Shown: positions 9,112 to 17,609, numbered from the stretch's first letter. The stretch is 64,000 bases of DNA from an uncultured Acidobacteriota bacterium (GCA_963700065.1 CAVOWJ010000005.1:620953-684952); one strand, 5' to 3'. The notes: generated by a model not told the origin, from the letters alone. Translations and numbers: made by a program.

Positions 9112-10677
9112 GTGTATTCTTCCCGCATGCAGCGGCCCGGACCGGACCAGCCCCGTTCTCTGCCGGCGACCTGGGTTGTCGCCTGCTGGCTCGTACCACT
9201 TGCCACGCTGGCTCTCCAGCTCGCCACCTACCGCGGGTATGGCTTCTTCAGAGACGAGCTTTACTACCTCGCGTCCGCCGAGCATCTCGGATTCGGGTAC
9301 GTCGAGCATCCTCCCCTGATTGGATTCATCGCGTGGCTGGTGCGGTCCATGCTCGGGGATTCGCTGTTTGCCGCGCGGCTGCTGCCGGCTGTCGCCCACG
9401 CGGTTACCGTCGGCCTTGCGGCGCGTCTGGCGTGCGAGATGGGTGGCGCGCGCTACGCGCAGTTCGCGGCCGCACTGGCGACGGCGCTCGCGCCCGCGTA
9501 TCTCGGCATCTGCGGCGTGCTTTCGATGAACGCCTTCGACATCCTGTTCTGGGCCGCCCTCTGGCTCATCGTCGCGCGGGCGCTGCGCACCGGCGACCCG
9601 CGGCTCTGGCTGCTCTTCGGGATGGTCGCCGCCGCAGGCCTCCAGAATAAGATCAGCGTGCTGTTCCTGGCTTTCGGGGTCGTGGCCGGCCTTGTGGCGG
9701 CCCGGCGATGGCGGGTGTTCCGGTCCTGGCACATCTGGGCGGGAGGCGCGGCCGCGTGCCTCATCTTCCTGCCTCACATCTTCTGGCAGTGGCACCACGG
9801 CTGGCCGACCCTGGAGTTCATGGCGAACGCCACCCGCGAGAAGAACGTCTCGCTGCCGGCAGCGGCGTTCGTGACCGAGCAGGTCATGCAGATGGGCGCG
9901 CTCGCGGCGCCGCTGTGGATCGCCGGGCTGGGCGGATTGCTGGCCCGGGAGCGGTTCCGGCCCTTCCGTCCGATCGGCTGGGCCTACCTGGCCGTGCTGG
10001 CGGTGATGCTCGCGGCCAATGCCAAGCCGTACTACCTGGCCCCCGCATATTCGGCGCTGTTCGCGGCGGGAGCCGTCGGGTTCGAGGCGATCCGGCGGTC
10101 AACGGCCGGAACCGTGGTCCGCGCCCTCATGGTGCTGCTGGTGGGCATCAGCGGCGCCGTGTCCCTTCCTTTCGCGAAACCCGTGCGTTCGACCGATGCG
10201 TTCCTGCGCTACTCGGCGGCCCTGGGGATCGGGCCGCACAGCGAGGAGCGGCAGGAGCTGGGGCGGCTTCCGCAGCAGTACGCCGATATGCATGGATGGC
10301 AGGAACTGGCGTTGAACCTGGCGACGGTGTACCACGCCTTGCCGCCGGCGGATCGCGAGCGGGCCTGCATCTTCGTCCAGAACTACGGGGAGGCCGGCGC
10401 GGTGGATGTCCTCGGCGCGCCGCTCGGCCTGCCTCGGGCCATCTCGGGCCACAACAGCTACTTCCTCTGGGGCCCGCGCGGCTGCGCCGGCGAGGTCGTC
10501 ATCGCGCTCGGCGGCGAACGGAAGGACTACGAGGACGCATTCGCGTCGGTTGAGCGGGCGGCTGTCCACACGTGCACCGATTGCATGCCGTACGAGGACA
10601 ATCGCCCCATCTGGGTGGCCCGCGGCGCTCGAGTGCCCATGGCCGCAATCTGGCCCCGCGTGAAGCGGTTCATCTGA
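9112..10677 (+). CDS. Polytopic glycosyltransferase, ArnT/PMT-like (GT39/GT83-type)
   Basis: 521-aa multi-TM ORF. The N-terminal loop YGFFRDELYYLASAEHLGFGYVEHPPL resembles the acidic loop-1 motif of this family. Confidence 0.7.
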   Translation: MYSSRMQRPGPDQPRSLPATWVVACWLVPLATLALQLATYRGYGFFRDELYYLASAEHLGFGYVEHPPLIGFIAWLVRSMLGDSLFAARLLPAVAHAVTVGLAARLACEMGGARYAQFAAALATALAPAYLGICGVLSMNAFDILFWAALWLIVARALRTGDPRLWLLFGMVAAAGLQNKISVLFLAFGVVAGLVAARRWRVFRSWHIWAGGAAACLIFLPHIFWQWHHGWPTLEFMANATREKNVSLPAAAFVTEQVMQMGALAAPLWIAGLGGLLARERFRPFRPIGWAYLAVLAVMLAANAKPYYLAPAYSALFAAGAVGFEAIRRSTAGTVVRALMVLLVGISGAVSLPFAKPVRSTDAFLRYSAALGIGPHSEERQELGRLPQQYADMHGWQELALNLATVYHALPPADRERACIFVQNYGEAGAVDVLGAPLGLPRAISGHNSYFLWGPRGCAGEVVIALGGERKDYEDAFASVERAAVHTCTDCMPYEDNRPIWVARGARVPMAAIWPRVKRFI

Positions 10678-10704
10678 CGCCCGTCGCATGACGCGGCCGG
10701 GCCG

Positions 10705-11154
10705 GTGAAGAGCGCGGCGTATAATGCCGTCGTGGCCTCTGCCGACTGCCGCTCCGTCGTGGCCGCCCTCGAGGCGTTCTTCGCGCATCCTCCTGCCGGG
10801 ACGGCCGCCGGGTACCTTTTCGGCAGCGCGGCGCGGGGTGATGCCCGGCCGGACAGCGACCTCGACGTGGCCATCCTCTTCGAGCAGGACCCTCCGCGCA
10901 CGCTCGAAGGGCTCCACGTCGAAATCGCCGATGAGCTGCAACGTAGAATCGGCAGGCGTATCGATCTCGTCGTCCTCAACCGGGCGCCGGCCGACCTCGT
11001 GCATCGGGTGCTGCGCGACGGCATTCTGGTGTGTGATCGAAACGGGTCCGCCCGCATCCGTTTCGAGGTCCGACTCCGTAACGAGTACTTCGACATGGAA
11101 CCCGTCAGGCGCCTGTACCGCAGGCGGGTGCCGCAGGGGGTTGCCGCGCCATGA
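10705..11154 (+). CDS. mntA: MNT-type nucleotidyltransferase antitoxin
   Basis: LFGSAARGDARPDSDLDVAILF (GS-X-RG...DxD nucleotidyltransferase motif). ATGA overlap with the downstream HepT gene. Confidence 0.8.
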   Translation: MKSAAYNAVVASADCRSVVAALEAFFAHPPAGTAAGYLFGSAARGDARPDSDLDVAILFEQDPPRTLEGLHVEIADELQRRIGRRIDLVVLNRAPADLVHRVLRDGILVCDRNGSARIRFEVRLRNEYFDMEPVRRLYRRRVPQGVAAP

Positions 11155-11558
11155 CCGATCTGCCGCTCGTCGAAAAGCGCCTCGCGGTCATCGACACCTG
11201 CGTGTCGGATCTCCGCGCGCTGGCACGCCCTGATCGCCTGGACACCGACATCCGCGAACGCCGCTTCGTCGAGCGCACGCTGCAGGTCGCCATCCAGGCC
11301 GCCCTGGACGTGGCTTCTCACATCGTCTCCGAGCGGCGGTTGGGCGAGCCGGCGACGAATCGCGAGTTGTTCACCCTCCTGGAACGCGACGGTTGGGTTT
11401 CCTCCGAGCTCCGCGCACGGCTTGCCGACATGGCGGGATTTCGCAACGTGATCGTTCACGGCTACGACGACGTGGATCTGGATGTCGTGCGCGATGTCCT
11501 GAAGAATCACCTGGTGGATCTCGAACGCTTCACCGCCGGTGTCCGGCAGAAACTCTGA
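11151..11558 (+). CDS. hepT: HepT/DUF86 HEPN-domain toxin
   Basis: C-terminal RNVIVHGY matches the R-X4-H-X-Y HEPN motif. Paired with the MNT gene. Confidence 0.8.
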   Translation: MTDLPLVEKRLAVIDTCVSDLRALARPDRLDTDIRERRFVERTLQVAIQAALDVASHIVSERRLGEPATNRELFTLLERDGWVSSELRARLADMAGFRNVIVHGYDDVDLDVVRDVLKNHLVDLERFTAGVRQKL

Positions 11559-11598
11559 CACGAGAGGAGTTCCCCGGACCTGCAGGAGCCCTGACGCT

Positions 11599-12555
11599 AT
11601 GTCCGCAGACACGCCACGCGCCGAGAAGGTCGCGCGCCCGGCCGTTCCGGAACTCGACGCCATCCTGGGCGACGCGATCCGCGTCCTCGACGACGGGTTC
11701 GTGCGCGTCGTCGATTACATGGGCGACGACTCGGCGATCGTGCAGGCCGCGCGCACGTCGTACGGCAAGGGCACCAAGCGCCGGCACGAGGACCGCGGCC
11801 TCATCCGCTACCTGATGCGGCACGCCCACACGACCCCGTTCGAGATGTGCGAGATCAAGCTGCACGTGCGCGTGCCGATGGACGTGTGGCGGCAGTGGAT
11901 CCGCCATCGCACCGCGAGCGTGAACGAGTACTCCACCCGCTATTCCGAAGCGATTGACGCGGCGCAGCGGACCTCTCCCGGGGCGTGGCGGCTGCAGTCC
12001 ACAGGCAACCGCCAGGGCAGCAGCGGGCTGCTGCCGCCGGACGAGGGCAAGCGCCTCTCCGACGAGGAAGCCGCGCTGCAGCGACAGGTGCGGGACGTGT
12101 ACGAGGCGCGGCTGGCGGCCGGCGTCGCCCGCGAGCAGGCTCGCAAGGAGCTGCCGCTGTCGACCTATACCGAGGCCTACTGGAAGATCGACCTCCAGAA
12201 CCTGCTGCACTTCCTCGAACTGCGCATGGACGAGCACGCGCAGCTGGAGATCCGCGAGTACGCGAACGTCATCGGCGAACAGATCGTGGCGAAGTGGGTG
12301 CCGATGACCTGGGAAGCGTTTCTCGACTACCGGCGAGGCGCGACGCGGTTGTCGCGCATCGAGAGCACCATTCTGGAGGCGCTGGCCGCCGGCGACCGCG
12401 ACCGCGCGCTCGCGCTCGCGGACGAAGGCGGCTTCCTGAGCCGCGGCGAGGACGGGCGGCCCAGGCCGAACCTCGAAGGTCGAGAAGTCGAAGAGAAACT
12501 GGCGCGCGTCGGCCTCGAAGCGCCCTGGGCGGACGTCCACGAACCCGGGGTCTGA
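11599..12555 (+). CDS. thyX: FAD-dependent thymidylate synthase ThyX
   Basis: ThyX motif RHRTASVNEYSTRYS. Start moved to ATG 11599 (MSADTPRAEK...). Confidence 0.9.
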   Translation: MSADTPRAEKVARPAVPELDAILGDAIRVLDDGFVRVVDYMGDDSAIVQAARTSYGKGTKRRHEDRGLIRYLMRHAHTTPFEMCEIKLHVRVPMDVWRQWIRHRTASVNEYSTRYSEAIDAAQRTSPGAWRLQSTGNRQGSSGLLPPDEGKRLSDEEAALQRQVRDVYEARLAAGVAREQARKELPLSTYTEAYWKIDLQNLLHFLELRMDEHAQLEIREYANVIGEQIVAKWVPMTWEAFLDYRRGATRLSRIESTILEALAAGDRDRALALADEGGFLSRGEDGRPRPNLEGREVEEKLARVGLEAPWADVHEPGV

Positions 12556-12565
12556 AGACCCCGGG
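12544..12565. terminator. Hairpin cccggggtc-tgaa-gaccccggg; copy 1 of a 3-copy element
   Basis: 9-bp perfect stem with the thyX stop codon in the loop. It lies between convergent thyX and the small glutaredoxin-like gene. Confidence 0.5.
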
Positions 12566-12667
12566 CTCCATCACCACGGTGGAGGTCGGGCCTTCAGGCT
12601 CGACGCGGTCGCGGGCCGCGCGCGGCGGTGCCTCATGACGGCTTCACGAGCCGTCCTGCTACACCCC

Positions 12668-12880
12668 TCAACTGCCGCCGTAGCCGATGGTCACCTTCTC
12701 GTCCTCGACGATCACCGGGACGTCGCGACGGCCCTTGCTGTAGCCGAGCATGCGCTGCAGGTAGGCGGTGTTCTTCTTCACGTTGACGTACTCGACCGTG
12801 TAGCCGCGGTGTGCGAAGACCTCACGGGCCTCCGACGTGTAGGGTCAGCTGTCCTTGCCGAAGATGAGAACAGAGGGCAT
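12668..12880 (-). CDS. Glutaredoxin-fold small protein with in-frame TGA (candidate selenocysteine) at the active site
   Basis: Hand translation gives MPSVLIFGKDS-TGA-PYTSEAREVFAHRGYTVEYVNVKKNTAYLQRMLGYSKGRRDVPVIVEDEKVTIGYGGS-stop. AAGGAG lies 6 nt upstream of ATG 12880. The TGA (12845-12847) is codon 12, where glutaredoxins carry CPYC. Absent from the ORF track because of the TGA. Confidence 0.65.
12814..12834 (-). promoter_or_regulatory. SECIS-like hairpin downstream of the in-frame TGA
   Basis: mRNA CGGAGGCC-CGUGA-GGUCUUCG forms an 8-bp stem (3 G-U pairs) starting 11 nt after UGA. The 5-nt loop contains GU. Confidence 0.45.
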
Positions 12881-12896
12881 CAGTCGCTCCTTGTTC

Positions 12897-12918
12897 CCCC
12901 GGGTCTGAAGACCCGGGG
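12897..12918. terminator. Hairpin ccccgggtc-tgaa-gacccgggg; copy 2
   Basis: 9-bp perfect stem downstream of the thioesterase gene and just upstream of the RBS of the glutaredoxin-like gene. Confidence 0.45.
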
Positions 12919-12972
12919 CTCCACGACTCCCGCTGCACGCTTCAACGCCAGGTGCAGAGACCCCGGGCGCCA

Positions 12973-13494
12973 TCAGTCAAATGGGACTCCTTCGAAATCC
13001 CGAATGCGCTGCTTGATCGCGTCCGGCAGCGGCACGGTCCTGCCGGCGGCATAATCATACGCCGCCTGCACGCTTGTCGCCGTCGCGACCAGCCGTCCCA
13101 CGGGGTTCCGTATCTCGTAGACCATCGTGAAGCTGGCGCGCCCAAGCCGCGTGACGGCGATCGCGACATCGAGCGCCTCACCCGTCGTCGCCGGGGCGCG
13201 GAAGTCGATTTCGACCCGCGCGATGATGTAGCTCACGTCGCCGGCGAGCCGCCCGATGCCGGCGGCCTTCCAGTACGCGAACCGCGCCTGCTCGAGATAG
13301 GTCAGGTAGACGGCGTTGTTCACGTGGCCCATCGCGTCGCAGTCGCGGAAGCGCACCTCGATCGGGCAATGGACGCGATACCCGGGACTCGGGACTCGGG
13401 ACTCGGGGCTCGGCCCCTCGGCAGGCTCGCCGCGTTCCAAGTTGGCCGAAGGGCGATCATCGTCGAGCGGCGGGATTCCGGATTGGGATGTCAC
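12973..13494 (-). CDS. 4HBT/YbgC-type acyl-CoA thioesterase
   Basis: VRFRDCDAMGHVNNAVYLTYLEQARFAYW is hot-dog thioesterase-like. The N-terminal 40 aa are partly encoded by a heptamer array, so the true start is uncertain. Confidence 0.7.
   Translation of the reverse strand: MTSQSGIPPLDDDRPSANLERGEPAEGPSPESRVPSPGYRVHCPIEVRFRDCDAMGHVNNAVYLTYLEQARFAYWKAAGIGRLAGDVSYIIARVEIDFRAPATTGEALDVAIAVTRLGRASFTMVYEIRNPVGRLVATATSVQAAYDYAAGRTVPLPDAIKQRIRDFEGVPFD
13384..13411. repeat. Heptamer array: GGGACTC x3 plus GGGGCTC
   Basis: gggactc gggactc gggactc ggggctc, inside the 5' end of the thioesterase ORF. A related patch, cgggattccggattggg, lies at 13471-13487. Confidence 0.85.
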
Positions 13495-13498
13495 GCCC

Positions 13499-14698
13499 TC
13501 ACGCCTCCTGGGCCACCCGCGAACGCCAGAGGGCGTGGACGGCGAGCAGCGCGGCCAGTCCCATCACGGCCGCGCTGGTGATGTACGGCATGCCGATGCC
13601 TAGGTGATCGAACGCGAAGCCGCCCCACATGGGCCCGACAATCCGCGCGAGGCTGTTGAGCGACTGCGTGAGCCCCATCACGCCGCCCTGGTCCTCGGCC
13701 GTCGAGTAGCGCGAGACCAGCGACATGAGCGAGGGGCTGTTGAAGCCCATGCCCACGGCCATCACGCCGGTTGCCACCAGCAGCGCGGCCACGGACGTCG
13801 TCGCGGGAATCATCAGGAGGCCGGCGGCCACGAGGGCCAGCGACACCGGCACGACATGGTGCTCGCCGATCCGCTTCACGACGCGGCCCACCAGCGCGCC
13901 CTGCACGATCACGAGGATCACGCCGACGAGCGCGAAGATGTAGCCGATCGACGAGGCCGTGAAGCCGTACGTGCGTTCGGCGAACAGCGCGAAGGTGGAT
14001 TCGTAGCCCGAGAACGCGGCCACCACGAGGAAGCCGATGACGAGCAGCAGCGGCAGGTGCGGCCGGGCCAGCGCGGCGCGGAGCGCGTCGATGCGGCCCA
14101 CGCGTTCCATGGCGCGGTGCTCGGGCCTGAGGGACTCCGGCAGCAGGAACCACGCGGCGACGAAATTCGCGAGCGACAGGCCCGACGCGAAGAACGCCGG
14201 CACCGCGTATCCGTACTGGCTCAGGAACCCGCCGATGGCCGGGCCGAAGATGAACCCCAGGCCGAAGGCCGCGCCCACCAGGCCCATGCCCTTGGCCCGG
14301 TTCTCGGGCCTGGTGAGGTCGGCCACCACCGCCTGCGCGGTCGGGATGTTCGCGCCGGCGATGCCCGCGAAGATCCGGGCCATGAACAGCGACGGGAGCG
14401 TGCTCGCCAGGCCGAACGCGAGATACGAGAGGCAAGAGCCCAGCAGGCCCAGCAGGATGATCGGCCGCCGCCCGATGCGGTCGGAGAGGCGCCCCCAGAT
14501 GGGCGCGAAGATGAACTGCATCAGCGAGAACGAGGTGGCGAGCAGGCCGATGGTGAACCCCGTCGCCCCGAACGTCTCCGCGTAGAACGGCAGCAGCGGG
14601 ATGATGATCCCGAACCCCAGCAGGTCGATGAAGACCGTGACGAAGACGACGATCAGCGGGGATAGCTTCATTGGGGCTTCTCGATCGAGCGAGGGCAT
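13499..14698 (-). CDS. MFS transporter (drug/H+ antiporter-like)
   Basis: 12-TM-like profile. MFS motif A GRLSDRIGRRPIILLG. Confidence 0.85.
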   Translation of the reverse strand: MPSLDREAPMKLSPLIVVFVTVFIDLLGFGIIIPLLPFYAETFGATGFTIGLLATSFSLMQFIFAPIWGRLSDRIGRRPIILLGLLGSCLSYLAFGLASTLPSLFMARIFAGIAGANIPTAQAVVADLTRPENRAKGMGLVGAAFGLGFIFGPAIGGFLSQYGYAVPAFFASGLSLANFVAAWFLLPESLRPEHRAMERVGRIDALRAALARPHLPLLLVIGFLVVAAFSGYESTFALFAERTYGFTASSIGYIFALVGVILVIVQGALVGRVVKRIGEHHVVPVSLALVAAGLLMIPATTSVAALLVATGVMAVGMGFNSPSLMSLVSRYSTAEDQGGVMGLTQSLNSLARIVGPMWGGFAFDHLGIGMPYITSAAVMGLAALLAVHALWRSRVAQEA

Positions 14699-14705
14699 CT
14701 GTCCG

Positions 14706-14792
14706 TAGTCAGTAGTAAGTAGCCAGTAGCCAGTATTCAGTAGAAAGGCCTGTGAGCTGAACGGTGTTCAGCCCTACTGGCTACTGGCTACT
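14706..14792. repeat. Hairpin element with arms of CAGTAGN heptamers (18-bp pairing) and a 30-nt loop
   Basis: 14718-14735 agtagccagtagccagta is the reverse complement of 14775-14792. The loop has an inner 7-bp hairpin, gctgaac-ggt-gttcagc (14756-14772). It lies between the def stop and the MFS start. Confidence 0.8.
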
Positions 14793-15348
14793 CTTCGTGC
14801 TCCCGCTTCGCGTGATACCTCGCGAACTCCTCGATGAAGCTGAGGCTCTCCATCGACTTCATCCGGTCGAGGAACAGCACGCCGTCGAGATGGTCGGTCT
14901 CGTGCTGGATGACGCGGGCCATGAACCCGCTCGCCTGCAGCTCGATCGGCCGGCCGGCGCGGTCGTAGCCCTTCACCGAGATGTCGCGGTAGCGTGGCAC
15001 GAGGCCGCGCAGATCGGGAATGCTCAGGCAGCCCTCCCAGTCCTCTTCAATCTGCCGGCTGGCCGGCTTGATCTCGGGATTGACGAGCGCCAGGACTTCG
15101 GGCCTCCTCGCGTCGTTCTCGCTCTCCTCTTCGTCGTCCTGGTCGCGGATGACCTGCGCCACGAAGAGGCGCAGCTCCTCGTGCACCTGCGGCGCCGCCA
15201 GGCCCACGCCGTTGTACTCGAGCATGGTCTGCGCCATGTCGTCGATCAGCCGCTGGATCGGCGCCGCGGTGATGTCGGCCGCCGGCACGGGCCGCACCTT
15301 CTTCCGCAGGACCGGATGCCCCATCCGCGAGACTTTCAGGATAGACAT
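14788..15348 (-). CDS. def: Peptide deformylase
   Basis: The three PDF motifs are present: GVGLAAPQV, EGCLSIP and HETDHLDG. Confidence 0.95.
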   Translation of the reverse strand: MSILKVSRMGHPVLRKKVRPVPAADITAAPIQRLIDDMAQTMLEYNGVGLAAPQVHEELRLFVAQVIRDQDDEEESENDARRPEVLALVNPEIKPASRQIEEDWEGCLSIPDLRGLVPRYRDISVKGYDRAGRPIELQASGFMARVIQHETDHLDGVLFLDRMKSMESLSFIEEFARYHAKREHEE

Positions 15349-15381
15349 AAACCTCCATTATAGCCTGCTGTGACGAGGGCC

Positions 15382-15449
15382 TGCCTCGACGAAGCCGACG
15401 GAGGCGGGCAGCAGGCCGGACGGAGGCGTAGTCGGGGGCTAGGGGCTAG
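15382..15449. repeat. Conserved ~55-nt core plus GGGGCTA heptamers; left part of an array split by an IS
   Basis: tgcctcgacgaagccgacggaggc...ccggacggaggcgtagtcgggggctaggggctag. It is about 58/72 identical by hand alignment to 22280-22351. Confidence 0.8.
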
Positions 15450-16846
15450 CAGCCCGTGGCGGAAGCGGCGATTTCGCGCCAGTTCATAGTTGGCCACGAT
15501 AAGACATCGTGACGATGAGCGTTCACATCGACCGGATTCTTCGGGCGCCTTGGAGGCCGCTGGTGGCTCCACGTGGTCGTCAGGGACGCCCAGGCGGCGG
15601 CGAGCGGCGCCACGAGGCGGCCCTGGAGGCCGCGGGGCGTCCCCACGCCGAGCAGCGTCCGCATGACGAGCCCGAGGTTGAAGCCGCCGGCATGCACGAG
15701 GAGCCGTTTCAGAATGTTGCTGTGCCCGCGCAGATGCGTGCGTCGCATGCCGCCCGTTTCGTAGGCGTGCGCAAACGTCCGTTCCAGCCGTTCGCCGCGC
15801 AGCCGGCGCAAGCGCTGCCCGCGGCTCCCCTTGATGCGGCGGCGGTTGGCGTACACCGCGCGCTGCGCCTGGGCCTTCCCGCGCCAGTTCCGCCGGCCGC
15901 GGGCTGGCTCCGAGATGTACGTCCGCACGCCGAGGGCGTCCAAGTCCGTCACCACCTCGTTACTGTGGTACCCCTTGTCGGTGACGACGTCGAGGTCGCT
16001 CGCCGCGTCCAGGCCGACCGTCGCTTCGAGCTGTTCCGTGGCCATCACCAGCGTCGCCTGAATCGTCTGCGTGTCGCCGGCATCCGCCCGTTGGACCGTC
16101 ACCGCGACGATCGCCCCGCATTCCAGATCGACGGCGTGCTCCGCTTTGTGCGCCAGATGCGTGCGTCCGTCTTTCATCTTCGTGATCGATGCGTCTGGGT
16201 CCTGCGGATGCTGCCAGTCGTCGTTCGAGCCCTTCTTCTTCCGCTTCTTGTCGATCTTCGCCAAGTCTTCTCGGGTCGGCGTCGCAATCCCCGACGCCTG
16301 AGCCAGCTTCGTCAAGAACTCCTGGTACGTGTCCCCCGTGTCGCGGCGCACGATGCTGCGCAACGCCGCGTTGGCCTCCAGCGTCGTGCCGTCGATTCCC
16401 AGAGGCCCGCCGCGCATCAGTCCCCGCTCGACCAGCCGCTGCTGGATCCACGTGAACACGGCCCGGTGCGTCTCCACATCAATCAGCCGGCGCGTCCGCG
16501 AGATCGTCGAGTGGTCGGCCACGTCCTCATCCAGCCCCACACGCAGGAACCGGCGGATGGCGAGCGAGTCGGCTGCCCGCCATGCGATCCCGCGCTCCGA
16601 ATCCAAGCCTTCGAAGTAGCCGATCAACAACAACCGGAAGTAGATCCCCGGCGCCAAGCTCGGCCGTCCCATCGTCGGCGCGTAGAACGCGCGGCACGTC
16701 TCCTCCACGAACGCATCGAAGCCCGAGTCGTCCAGGAGGACATTCAGCCGCTGGTAGAACGGGTGCGCCGCCGTGCTCGGCAACTCGGCCACCGGGATCC
16801 ACAGGCTCTCTTGTCGGCGCCGTTTGCGTCGCGTGCCCATCGCCAT
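15446..16846 (-). CDS. IS5/IS1182-family DDE transposase
   Basis: 466 aa. N-terminal InsH-like block HPFYQRLNVLLDDSGFDAFVEETCRAFYAPTMGRPSLAPGIYFRLLLIGYFEGLDSERG, and a C-terminal DDE region. Confidence 0.85.
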   Translation of the reverse strand: MAMGTRRKRRRQESLWIPVAELPSTAAHPFYQRLNVLLDDSGFDAFVEETCRAFYAPTMGRPSLAPGIYFRLLLIGYFEGLDSERGIAWRAADSLAIRRFLRVGLDEDVADHSTISRTRRLIDVETHRAVFTWIQQRLVERGLMRGGPLGIDGTTLEANAALRSIVRRDTGDTYQEFLTKLAQASGIATPTREDLAKIDKKRKKKGSNDDWQHPQDPDASITKMKDGRTHLAHKAEHAVDLECGAIVAVTVQRADAGDTQTIQATLVMATEQLEATVGLDAASDLDVVTDKGYHSNEVVTDLDALGVRTYISEPARGRRNWRGKAQAQRAVYANRRRIKGSRGQRLRRLRGERLERTFAHAYETGGMRRTHLRGHSNILKRLLVHAGGFNLGLVMRTLLGVGTPRGLQGRLVAPLAAAWASLTTTWSHQRPPRRPKNPVDVNAHRHDVLSWPTMNWREIAASATGC

Positions 16847-16936
16847 GGGCGTCAGTGTAGTACACGGGATCGACCGTGTCGATCCCCTTACTGCTTATCG
16901 ATGACTAACCCCGTGACTTGCACCACGGGCTGCTAG
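15446..16936 (-). mobile_element. IS5/IS1182-family insertion sequence (about 1.49 kb)
   Basis: Terminal inverted repeats are CTAGCAGCCCGTGG (15446-15459) and its reverse complement (16923-16936). CTAG is present at both junctions. It sits inside a CTAG-type heptamer array. Confidence 0.8.
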
Positions 16937-16991
16937 GGGATAGGCGACAGTCGATAGGGGCCAGGCGATAGGGGCCAGGGACGGGGATGGG
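16933..16991. repeat. G-rich heptamer array (GGGGATA/GGCGACA/GGGGCCA units); right part of the array split by the IS
   Basis: ctag gggatag gcgacag tcgatag gggccag gcgatag gggccag ggacggg gatggg. Confidence 0.8.
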
Positions 16992-17012
16992 CAGCCGGGT
17001 CGAGTATGATTC

Positions 17013-17609
17013 TTGCTAAGGCGAATGACGGAAGAGCAGGCCGGGCGGGAATTTCGTTTTTGTCCGCGGTGCGGAGGGCCTTTCACCGCGCGGATTATCA
17101 AGGAAGGCGAGCCTTTCCGGCTGGTCTGCGACGCCTGCGGGTTCGTCTTCTATCTCGACCCGAAGGTGGCGGTCGGCACGATTATTCGCACGGCGGATGA
17201 CGAATTCGTGCTGTGCCGCCGGGCCATCGAGCCCGGTTACGGGCGGTGGGTCTTCCCCGGCGGCTACGTGGACCGGGGCGAGAAGCTCGAAGAGGCGGCG
17301 GTCCGCGAGGCCCGGGAGGAGTGCGGCCTCGACGTCGAGCTCGAGAGGCTCGTCAGCCTCCACTCCTATCGCGGCAAAACGCCCATCATCATCGTCTGGG
17401 CGGCGCGCGCGGTGGGGGGCGAACTGAAGGCGGCCGACGAGGAAAGTCTGGAGGTCCGGGCGTTCAGGGCCGAGACGATCCCCTGGGGCGATCTGGCCTT
17501 CGAGAGTACGGGCGAGGCGCTCAGGGCGTACTTCGGGAACCGGGATTCGGGATTGGGGATTCGGGATTCGGGGTTGATACTCACAGGGTCGATTGGAGAA
17601 CACCTATGA
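17013..17609 (+). CDS. NUDIX hydrolase with an N-terminal zinc ribbon
   Basis: CPRCGG...CDACG zinc ribbon. NUDIX box GGYVDRGEKLEEAAVREAREECGL. The C-terminal 23 aa are encoded through a heptamer array. Confidence 0.8.
   Translation: MLRRMTEEQAGREFRFCPRCGGPFTARIIKEGEPFRLVCDACGFVFYLDPKVAVGTIIRTADDEFVLCRRAIEPGYGRWVFPGGYVDRGEKLEEAAVREAREECGLDVELERLVSLHSYRGKTPIIIVWAARAVGGELKAADEESLEVRAFRAETIPWGDLAFESTGEALRAYFGNRDSGLGIRDSGLILTGSIGEHL
17542..17576. repeat. Heptamer array (GGGATTC/GGGATTG x5)
   Basis: gggattc gggattg gggattc gggattc ggggttg, inside the 3' end of the NUDIX ORF. Confidence 0.85.

Noticed and set aside
12635-13054. Track ORF of 139 aa on the plus strand.
   Set aside because: It lies antisense to the glutaredoxin-like gene, which has an SD and a Grx fold, and its own sequence has no motif. 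It is treated as a shadow ORF.
13384-13487. Pairing of the GGGACTC array with the nearby GGGATTCC patch as a hairpin.
   Set aside because: Both are G-rich on the same strand and are not reverse complements, so they do not form an inverted-arm element like the others.
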